Of a stretch of 64,000 nt of DNA, positions 49,218-59,595 are shown piece by piece (the stretch's first letter is position 1; the number at the start of each line of letters is the position of its first letter). The translations under genes were made by a program, and so were the position numbers. Source of the stretch: Phoronis australis (lineage: Eukaryota > Animalia > Phoronida); the NCBI GenBank assembly GCA_002633005.1, contig NMRA01000001.1:376625-440624 (forward strand), written 5' to 3'. The notes beneath the pieces were generated by a model that was given only the letters and a program-made list of their open reading frames with translations, ran no database searches and was not told where the DNA came from.

Positions 49218-49864
49218 CTGTGAGGAGAAACAAGAGGTAGAGAGACATCTTCAGGCAGTAAATGACAACAAGAGAGAGACTGAAAGATAAAATGCCGGCA
49301 AGGTCAACAGGGAATGTGCACAACAGGAGAAAACTATAAAAATGGGAATTTTGTTGCAATGACGAAAAATGAGCTCATTCCCAGCTTGGCGGGAATGAGT
49401 GTTGGGTATAAAACAATATTTATACATTCAAGCTTTTTTCTTTACAGCAGGGTAAACATAGAGAGATGGCACATTGAACGTTGACTCTTGACCGACAACA
49501 AGAACTGTCTTCGCAAATGACTGTGCAGCAATTGCAACCATCAAAAATGAACGTAGTTTGTGCAACTTAATTATTCATAGAGATATAATGCACACGACTT
49601 CAAATTCGTGCATAGTTGCATAACAAATGAATTGAACATTATTGATCAAGGAAACACTGAATGAAATAACCCCTTTTACAACTTAATGCAGAAGTTGTAT
49701 AACAGAAAGTTTCAGGCAGCTCTGCAGCTGTCGTCTGCTTAAGCAGATGACATTTATTAAGCAGACGATAATCCCTGAAGTTATGCTGCACAGTCACGTT
49801 TGTCAAGCACAGTTCTCATTCCATGGACAGACGGCGGCGACCAGACCGTGGCGCCCTCTGTTAC

Positions 49865-50055
49865 CTGTGTGACGTCAGTTTTGCCTCGTGCTTTGTATAA
49901 CTCGGCCCGTAAAGTTGCATTCCAAGCACGGCCATTATGTACAAGATAATCAAAAGCACCATGGTCAGGTTCAGCAACGATCCAATAGTTGTCGAGACGA
50001 TCTGAACCACGATTCTCATTGTTTGCCAAGATCGGGCGAGTTTAATAACTCTCAG
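49865..50055 (-). CDS. Nav2: Nav2 DII S4-S5-turret exon, copy A (duplicated, putatively mutually exclusive)
   Basis: tctag|LRVIKLARSWQTMRIVVQIVSTTIGSLLNLTMVLLIILYIMAVLGMQLYGPSYTKHEAKLTSH(R)|gtaaca; phase 0 to 2; 191 nt; no stops. Confidence 0.85.
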
Positions 50056-50959
50056 CTAGATAACATAAAGTACAAACAGTGCATTCACAGTTTCACACAA
50101 AGTTCAAAGTTCAAATTTGCACAGGCAGATTTAGAGAGGGGAATTGCACTCCTGCAAACATGGCCAAAAAATAATACAAAATGTCGTCAGCACTCCAATT
50201 TTAGGGGCAAAGCGGACATTTACCGTCAAAAAATTTCGGTCGGACCCCCTTACAGCATTTAAATACGCCAGTGATTGGAACTAGTTTCTGTGACAATGGT
50301 GCAAACGAGAGACTAGTTCTAATACCATCTAGCAACACTTACAGCAGAAGCAGAACTTAAAACAAGTTTTTAACGAGCTCGATTATATCATTTTCTCCTT
50401 TCATACTCGTTGCAGGCCAGCAAATTTTGCTTTAAGGTCGTGCATTTCCCAGCCAAATTTTAACGACGAGCTAAGCAGTTTGACAACAGAAATGTCACCA
50501 AACACGAATATCGAATATCGAGAAAGGTGACATTAACCTCATGTCATAGCAAATCAACGTAACTGACAGGAAGGAGAAAATATCGTAGAGCTTTGACGGA
50601 ATATTGTGACTCAGGAAAAGGTCATGACTGTCTGATGTTAAATAATGCTATTTGAACATCATTGCAATTTTGTATAGTTCTGGACATGAAAACAGCTTTC
50701 TGTAGCATGCTACATGTTGATAGGCTATATCATTTTTTTAACAACAGAAATTCTACCACTCAGCAGAAATTTCAGTCACCGCCATACATCATTCAGTAGA
50801 TGACACATCATTTTGGAAAATTTAATGCTGACTCACGATTGGTTTTTGGATGGAAAAAGTCACCCAATAGTATTCAGGAATATATTTGCATCCGAGCATA
50901 TGGTATTTCATTGTCCTATGAAAACGAAGTTCATCACTACACTGAGTCAAGTAACATAC

Positions 50960-51130
50960 CAAACGTAGCGTTCGTATGGCTGAGAATCCTGGTAAATTGG
51001 ACAGTGGGAACTCCACAATGCTGGCTAAGACGACGACGAAATCAAATATATTCCATCCGTTCTTGAAATAGAATTTACTCATGGCTAAAATCTTGAGAAC
51101 GCATTCCAGAATAAAGACTATGGTGATCAC
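50960..51130 (-). CDS. Nav2: Nav2 exon: DII S2-S4
   Basis: VITIVFILECVLKI...GWNIFDFVVV...SAIRTLRL. Confidence 0.95.
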
Positions 51131-51812
51131 CTGAAATGAACAATAACGGAAGGATTTAATTTTAAAGTACTGTTCACAGAGTTTCACCATATATATTTAT
51201 GATAAAAATTTTCCAATTTGAGCGGTCCCATAAAGTTGGTACAACGGCATTTAAACCAGAATTGATTTTTTTCTATTCTGAAGATTGGGAAATGTGGGTT
51301 ATTTTGGCATTCATCACTTCTGAAATATTGGACACTCCATTTTGTATCAATTAAGTCTTTCCTAAAATTGACAAAAATAGCTCCCCAATGCAAAAGTTCA
51401 TCTCTTACAATTCTTTAAGTTGGAATGGCCAGTATTGCCTCATTTTTTTAAATATGGTACAAGTTTAAACCTTGAGCAAAATAATGAAATTTTCACTGTC
51501 CTAAACAAGAGATAATTTTACCGTCCTTGATGAATTCTAGTTTCCAGTTGATTATTCAATTAAAATATTGTAATATTTAAAAACGTAAAGCCCGACAAGT
51601 TTGCAGTCTTCCACAAAACTTTGTCACTGCCCTATCCAATACAAGATCTTATCCTAACAGTCTGTTTCGCAAACATTTTTAGGTCTGGTGTGCAGGCCAC
51701 CAATTGGCCACAGGTGGCGTGCAGACCAGACTTAAAAATTTTAACAATCTACATTTTTCACGTCAGTTGAAGATTTACATATTCATATATTAGCCTCTTT
51801 GTGGTTACTTAC

Positions 51813-52042
51813 TAAGTTGAGAGCTTCAAGCCCCGTCTCCAGCTGCTTATCCATGTTGTGGTGTTCAACCATCATTGAGAGGGTGTTGACTATGATGCAC
51901 CCAACAATGAGTGAGTCGACTGCCGAGTGCGTGATGAACACGTACAGGCCGTTCTGGAAGCGCAGCCAGTTTTCAAAGATCTTCGGGTTGCAGCACGATA
52001 CGCACACTGGCCTGCAGTTGCGATCGACAAGTACCGAGCCAT
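51813..52042 (-). CDS. Nav2: Nav2 exon: end of I-II linker and DII S1
   Basis: DGSVLVDRNCRPVCVSCCNP..WLRFQ...CIIVNTLSMMVEHHNM. Confidence 0.93.
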
Positions 52043-52261
52043 CTGAAATAGTCGGAGAAGGTCAAATGATATGAGAGGGCCTCAAGGGTCCTTTAGGGAT
52101 CACCCAGACTATAGCTCTTGTGAGAGACAGCTCAGAGTGGTCCTGAGAGAGGGCGCTCAACACAGGCTAATGAGTGGAGCACTTAAGTGTGGCTCCTTGA
52201 AGCGGGCACTCAGAATTCTCAGAATGGGAACAGACTTGTGGCAGGTGATCATGAAGAGAAT

Positions 52262-52345
52262 TAAAGAGCACACTCTGACATGAGGGAGGTCAGAGTTCAC
52301 TCTAACATGAGGGAGGTCAGAGTTCACTCTAACATGAGGGATGTC
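52262..52345. repeat. 27-bp tandem repeat containing AGGTCAgAGTTCA
   Basis: CATGAGGGAGGTCAGAGTTCACTCTAA x2 plus degenerate flanks. Confidence 0.8.
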
Positions 52346-54199
52346 GGAGTAAACTCCAAAAGGACTATTCCAGAGTAGAACAGAGATAAGAAAATCTGAG
52401 AAAGTTAATGCTACAGCACTATGCTGGATATGCACAGGTTTCTACAGAACCTGCAGTGCCCTCTAAATAAACATGTATCAAGGTAAGGATATGATTTTCC
52501 ATACGGTTAGTTAAATTTGGCCAAAAATTAAGGAAGACATTTTATGGAGCATGTTGTCGTGTTGCAAGAGAAAGATGGAATTATTATTTATAACGCTTCG
52601 TAGAGGTAAATAGTGAAGAAACACGTAAAAAAGTACCTCGTCTTCAGAGCTAATATACACACATTCCTTACTAAGATGAAACTGAACATTATAATGGGAA
52701 ACAGTTCTGAAGTTTTATGCAGCCATTGGTTGTTTTTAAACAAACTTGAACCACTATTGCAGGTACGTAGAGTTTGACAGTATGACAGCAATATGCACCC
52801 ACATCATATGGGTGTATAATGTGTGTGCATAAAGTATAACAATATTGAACAAGTCTTAAAAGTGACACAAAACTAGTAAAACTAAAGTAGCTAACCATAA
52901 ATTTACCTAGTGACTCAAGCGTTGAAGTACAAGCATGCACAGTAGTACAATGCTAAACAACCACAGTCGTGGTAACTTTTTTGAACATTTCAAAAACACT
53001 AAAATGCAACTAAAATGTTATTTTGAAGGCCATATCAAAAATGCAAATGGTCAATACTTTGAATAGTGGCAGACATAATAATTTTAGATAATAAACAGTT
53101 TTTTCATGCTTGGATATAAAATAATCATTTCTCGGTACAGAGAAATCGTCAAATATTTAACACAGGAACAGATCACAAATACAAGGTGTTTATAGAGAAC
53201 ATTTTGCAATTTCATTTTATAAATCCACTTAAACCTGACCCTGTACCAAAGCATCACTCACCAGGTGTTATGCATTTGAAAAACATTAAGCTGAATTTCA
53301 AAAACTGAGAGAAAATCCGAACATTTCGACAGAGGACAGATCTATCATGTCAGCAAAGACCTGCTAGCCGACAAATACTCGGGTCTGTTTCATACAAATA
53401 CCCAATATATGGTAAAGTTTGTTAATTTTTGTAATGACTAAAATTGGAATTTCTCCATTTTTCGAACGCTACCGACGCTGCTGCAAAGCTTGCTACATAA
53501 CAATTTGTCACAGCACAGTCTAACAAAGCATTAATGCTTAAATAAACATTCTATTAATTAAAGTTGATGAGAAATTCATCAAAATAAACATTACTTTCTG
53601 TAGCAGTTAGTTCTATGTAGAAGAATCTTTATTGTAGAGTGGGTTTAGATGTTAAACCATTGAGCTGGTATGAGTACCAACTTGTAAACTCAGAGAAGTA
53701 GTTTACCTAAGCGTAAACAGTTGCATCTATTAAATATTTAATTTGCGTTGAATGTTTGCAGTGCGATGGGCTTCCAAAATGTGCAACTCTTCAGGAAAAT
53801 CAACGTATATAGAATAAGTGCGCCACTTGCAGTGCTGGGACTCAGTCTTTGCTTGTGCAATATTTGGCAGACGTTCAACAAGCACGTGCAAACACAACGG
53901 CTATACTACTTAAAAAATCTAACTATACAGTTAATGTTATGATAAATAAATTCAAGACACATTTCATTACAATAAATGCAAAGATTAATGCAAAGTGATT
54001 TGAATTTGTTGTAACATTGAATACAAATTTTAGACCTCACTAAGGCTTTTAATACTATTCATCGCTATAAAACTGATTTTCTGGAACAGTGGCTGTAATA
54101 AGTTGGAAGGGACAATCAATCAATCCGTTTTATCCTGAGGTTATTATGCGGGAGTCTTATCACAGCTAATGGGGGTCTGAGGCTAACAAAGACATGCGA

Positions 54200-54237
54200 T
54201 GACTAATTAAGATGACTAATTAAGATGACTAATTAAG
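54200..54237. repeat. 13-bp tandem repeat x3 (TGACTAATTAAGA)
   Basis: Direct reading. Confidence 0.85.
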
Positions 54238-55205
54238 TGGCATTTGTGAACATGCTCTAAACAATGCTACTTAACTTCCATGCACTTCACAATGTCTGAT
54301 CAGAAACTCAAGTCACTATTTCAAGTCAAATTTAAGTTGATGAATATTCATCTGGAAATTGTCAATAAAAGATGTGTTATCTCCCATGGCTCATGTGTTT
54401 GGCATAACAACATGAGTAATTTAGCATTCAGAAGTTCTTGGACACAAAAATGGCAATTTAAATCGTATTGATTTTTGTTAATCTTGTTAGACATATCTAT
54501 TAACAGTTAACCATCATATGATTTAATTTTTTAAACATTGCTTTTGACATGACATTTTGATTTGCAGCAGGACATTGTACATGTGAACTGGACAAATGTT
54601 CTTGCGGTTTTGTTTTGATGCACAAAAGAAGCTGAGTTCCAGATCACACAGTGTAAAGCCTCATTCTCACTGCCGGTAAAACAGGTGTGCAACTTTCCAA
54701 AAGTAGTACAAAATACCTTCTTGAATTCTGTTCAAGAATAAGTGCCAAAATGATTTTGTTCCCATTTTTTCAACACGAGTTTGACATTTAAGCAGGAGTC
54801 GTTTGATGATGGACTGTTAGCAATACACACCATGATATATAATCACAAAGGGAAACTTTGCAAACAGTTATTTTCATTGAAAAAACTGATAAAACAAAAC
54901 TCAATTAACTGTTATTTGCTATAATGTGAATTGCACTGAAGAAAGGTAATCATGTACACCTAAGCAGCACACTGCATGACTCTAGTTATAGTCTTCCACA
55001 TGTGCACCAGTCGCACACGTGTTTTATCAACAGTGCGAAAGGGGCTTAAGTGAGCATGTGTACAATGCGGGCTAACCATACTGGACAAAATTACAACAAG
55101 CAACGAGCAACTGCAATTGGGCGAGCAGGACGACAGACGCTAAGAGAACAAATCTGATTGGTTAGTTTCGTGGCAAACGGTTGGTGGTTGGTTAACTCAG
55201 TTTAC

Positions 55206-55244
55206 CTCGCGGATATTCAATTAGCTCTCCATGATCGTCAACTT
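55206..55244 (-). CDS. Nav2: Nav2 39-nt small exon in the I-II linker (EVDDHGELIEYPR)
   Basis: actaat branch motif, ttttcttacag| 39 nt |gtaaac; phase 1-1, open frame. Confidence 0.7.
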
Positions 55245-56730
55245 CTGTAAGAAAATTAGTCACAGCAAACATGACCAGACCATATTAATCTACAATGTAA
55301 TTTTACCCCATTTCCTGAGTGAGGATAATCTGTTTCTAGACATTTCAATTTTTCAATGCAGGAATTAGATTTTGAGCAAAATCGTTATTTGCGGTGCAAA
55401 ACATTATTGTTCAAACTAGTTCCTTTTGGTTCAGTTGAACTTATTTGGGGGTATTTGAATTGATGCCAAAATCAAAGACCACAAGAAAAAAATATTTTTC
55501 AGGTACTGCCCTTTAATTGTTGAAAATTTTTCCTGCTTTTTTCATTTTGTAGCTACCACCAGTTTTGAATGGGGACATGAGGTGTATAAAATAATGCATA
55601 GAAAATGGGACTATATTTCAGAATAATCACACCAGCAGACAACAATAACATTAGTATCCTTTTTCAATACACATGAACTTCAGACAAACACGCTGACTTA
55701 GGTTAAACAGTCGTTTTCCAAATGTTAATGACTTCAGAAAACTGCTGGCGCACTGGCACTCACAGAACAAATAGAGAGATCCACTGAGGAGTGGGGGTAA
55801 ACAGGTAACCCCCCCTCCCCCCCAATTAAATGCTCCAGAGGAGGATTCTAAAGCATATGAGAATGACCCCCCCCCCTTCTCCCGCTGCAAGCCTGGATCT
55901 GTGGTTACTATAGAGATCGTGTAGTACCACAACAGTCCAGGACAGTAAAATACAACTGAAAGTCAACTGCGCGTATAGTTTACAGTCAGACCCCACGTAT
56001 TTTGTTACACACTGAGCATGCGGTTAACTGTTTATAACTGTTCCACCACAACCAACGTCAAACACAAAACTGCGCCAAGTTTTGATACCTAGGAGAAATA
56101 CTCTTCTGCAAACAAAATTACTGTTATACTATTAGAAAGTTTTATTCTTCTTTGATCTGTAAGACAGAGAGGCAATGAAGATATAATATTCATGAAGCTT
56201 GCAATCATCACCAACATCCACCTTGAGCCCATAAAAAGACGTCTACACTAATTCTGCTCACATTAATTCTAACAAATGAGAAGCTTACATTACGCGATTA
56301 CTTATAAGTTTTCAGTTACCACATCCAGCCAACTACCGAGTTTGGCTTACCCTTACGGTAAAAACATTGCCCAATGAAAATGGTAACATATTTTTATAGT
56401 CTGTTAAAAACTTGTAGGATATCTGTCTTCCTTGGCACTCGTTGCATCCGTTTTGCTTGGAACGTCGACTTCCCACAATCCATTTCAGATAACCCACAAG
56501 TCTCTAATTATAAAAAGGTCAATGACAACCGTATGTCCTTCTCATATCTCACTTAAGATCACCAAACGTGACAAGACAGACATTAAACAGCCAATCACAG
56601 TCAAGTCATATAAGTCACCGTTTTTCCACAAGTTCAGCTCCTGCATGATCAACATATTACATAAGGAAGGCAAATTTTGACAGTCATACTTTGTCCGAGC
56701 CAGACATTAAGGTACCACACGCATACGCAC

Positions 56731-56887
56731 CTTGAGCAATAATTTTGACAGGCTCTTTCCCATCATTCTCTAGTTCTTTCTCCATCTCTGCCGTTTGATT
56801 CTCCACGTTCTCTTCATACGCCATGTTTTCATCGTACGTCTGCTCACCCTGGCTGTCTGTGTCCACCTCGACACCAGATGTTGACAC
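56731..56887 (-). CDS. Nav2: Nav2 exon: acidic I-II linker
   Basis: VSTSGVEVDTDSQGE...PVKIIAQ; ctcag|..CAAG|gtgcgt gives the phase 1 required downstream. Confidence 0.8.
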
Positions 56888-57917
56888 CTGAGCAGATTAA
56901 CCACAATCCATCAATTAACACAAGGAGTAGACCCCCCCCCTTCTTTCCAAGTTTCAGGGGGTGGTCTCTGGTCGTACTCTCCGTATAGAAGTGTAGAGTA
57001 TTTTTCCATTTATTTCGCATGCTTACTTCATTTCACACAGTCAAATTTACTTCCCCTTCCATGCCCCCCAACCCCACTTCCAAAAATCCTGATTTAGTCA
57101 TTTTGGATTGGACATTAAAGAGACCAAGGATATTGGAAAACTTTCATTTTGAGTAACTTACAAGCATAATTCTCAGTTTTAGACGAACCCTTTTAGGCAC
57201 GTCTTTCATCGTCAATAGCAATTTACAGCATTCCTTATATACTGCTGTTTGCCTATACACTCAGTTACAGTAGCTTGCTGACACCTAGTACTGTATCTTC
57301 CTAAAGTTTACCCACCATGCCAGTAACCTAGGTAACTATGCTGTATCTTCACCAAGCATGCGACATAATTGCTTAAATCAAAACTTTCAGCTAAAAAACT
57401 ACTGGAACAGAAGTTTTTCAAAAAATAAATTTCATGGAGAAATAAACACAGAGAAAAATCAGACAACAACACAACTAAAATCATTTGAAAATAACCCGTC
57501 ACTTTCAGTTTTGAAATTTCGATAATTTTCAGTGAGAAGTAGTAGACAACTTTTGAAAATGACAGCAGCGTACTTAGTTAATCAAAACGAACATGTCATT
57601 TTCAATTGTTTTTTTATCTTTTAATTCTTAAAGGTTGAATTATACGAAGCCTAAGTAACCACTGTCCTAACTGAATCAGGATTTAACCTGAGTTGTGTTA
57701 TCGCAATGGTAATGCTGCCCGTTATTCAAGCTTGGTTGGAGTAAATTACCCGAACAATCTTACTCACTCGAACATGCAAAATGTGAATGAATTAGACACT
57801 GGAAAAATCCTTATCTGATACGCCACCTTATGGCGACATGATAAACTACAATCTTTTTATAGAGGGCGTTGATCACACGGAAGGGTTTTAATGTGTGCGA
57901 CAGTCAGCACATGTACA

Positions 57918-58212
57918 CTGATGAAGACAATGACAATGATATTGGCGATGATGATGACGTTTGTAGTTAGTGGAGGTCAGGTGATGCTGATGAAGGAGAC
58001 AATATGAATGATGGAAGTGGAGATGGAGGAGGCAATGATGTTCATGGTGGTGACGATGACGATGGAGATGGCAATTACGACAAACATGATGATGATGGTG
58101 ATTAAGATAGTGATGACGATGACGTTACTGATATGGTGATGATTTCTCTGTTGGTGACGATGGTGATGACGGTGGTGATGGTAACGATGATGATTGAAGA
58201 TTATAATGACGG
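57918..58212. repeat. Degenerate (GAT)n microsatellite/low-complexity tract
   Basis: GAT/GGT/GAC triplets. Confidence 0.9.
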
Positions 58213-58833
58213 TGCTGGTGTAAACATATCGACACAGATGTGGACAATGTGGCGACAAAATAACACAGAGAACAAAATTATCGTGTTAATGCACTACACT
58301 GTACAGAGAGCTGGCATACCTTCCGTGAGAACATGTACGGAGATTCACCCCTATAATAGGGGTTATCCTTGAAGAAAAGTGGGTGGAAGACGTGCAAATT
58401 AAAATCATGTGACATATAGACTATACAAAACTGTATGCAGTTTTAAGGACCTCTGGTGGCAGTTTTGACAAATGCATTGCCTACAAAATGGTAGATTTTT
58501 AAAGTATGTGAAATTGTGCGAAAATAAATTACAAAATAATTGACTCAATTTCGGTATTGGTCGATGAAGTTTTCGTACAAACACGAAAAATGTAGCAAAG
58601 AAAGCATTGTTCGAGATAAACAAAGAAACAATCGTAACCTCCAATGGGTATTCAGAGATAACAAGTGGTGATTAATTTAGCTTCCTGTGGCAGCTAAATC
58701 ATAGCACTACAAACAGCACACGTAAAAATGCCCACTATTGCGCTCACAACTGACTGTTTTACAGATAAAAAGAGACTGTTCATGCAATGGATTGTGGGAA
58801 TCGCCGCACACCCACAGAGAAAATCACCATTAC

Positions 58834-58866
58834 CTCACCAGGTGGTAAGAAAGGAGGTGTTCCACG
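58834..58866 (-). CDS. Nav2: Candidate optional 33-nt micro-exon in the I-II linker (RGTPPFLPPGE)
   Basis: tgtctcattattcag| 33 nt GAG|gtaatg; phase 0-0 matches the host intron. Confidence 0.35.
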
Positions 58867-59130
58867 CTGAATAATGAGACAGGCACAATCTGGTGTGCCT
58901 AATCTTCTGATGTAAGGCATAATGCCGGACACGAAAAATCACATGATTGAAAGGCGATCGCTTTCCGTGAGGTTGGATTGTTGAATTGTGGCATAGAAGT
59001 CATTTCTATAAGGCAATTAGCACAGATTTCTCGTAACAAATGTGTGAAAAGTGTTGTGGTCTACAGCATGCAGTCCACTTTAGGTATATATCCGTAAAAG
59101 GTCAATGACATATATATATATATGACTTAC

Positions 59131-59595
59131 CATACTGAGCTGCGTTTTGCTAGTGGGTGTCGGTGACATATGTCGGCGTTCATTCGATGCCACCAAGTCT
59201 CCAACAGTATCATCCTTTTCATGGAAACTCTCCGTCTCTCCTTTCTCGAGGTCAGTGACCTTCAACTCCGAGTTGGGCGCGTCAGCACGCGACAAATTAG
59301 CTGTACTCCCGTTCAGTTTTTCAGAGCTCTTAGTCCTTTCTGTTATCTCCGCACTTCCCTCGTGGTGGCTAGCTAGACTGGTTCGACTTTTACGAACATT
59401 GTTCGCGTCATCTGCTCCACCAGATGTGCTGTCCTCGCTCCGTCTGCTACCCGCACTGCCAGACGGGTTTTGCTTCTTCTTTTTCTCCTTAGCCTTCTGC
59501 TTTTCCAGCACCTGTTGTTTTAAAGTGGCCGTGTCGTATTTAAATACAGCAGATTTTTTGGCATTCGCTGCTTTTTGCTCCTTTTCTCTTCTCTC
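59131..59595 (-). CDS. Nav2: Nav2 exon: start of the I-II linker
   Basis: ttttgcag|ERREKEQKAANAKK...KTQLSM|gtaagt; 465 nt open, charged and S-rich. Confidence 0.85.

Larger units (their letters stand above)
31333..59595 (-). other. Nav2: Voltage-gated sodium-channel-family alpha subunit, Nav2 (DEEA/DSC1-BSC1-like) type; 5'-partial, domain I outside the window
   Basis: S4 repeats in DII (RTLRLLRIFK), DIII (RALRAFRALRPLR) and DIV (RVVRVFRIGRVLRLIK). Pore loops LCGEWIE, ATFEGWME and ATAAGWNE. C-terminal EF-hand-like DDFDMFYVVWERFDP and IQ-like TLQRSWRRHK. Confidence 0.95.

Noticed and set aside
56684-56730. Longer version of the acidic linker exon using the donor at 56690
   Set aside because: Phase 0 would hit a stop in the 39-nt exon and shift the frame of the DII S1 exon
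57977-58372. His/Ile-rich and Met/Val-rich ORFs
   Set aside because: Translations of a degenerate (GAT)n tract
31333-59595. AT-AC or U12-type introns, known from vertebrate Nav genes
   Set aside because: Every junction reconstructed here is GT..AG and none has the U12 RTATCCTT donor
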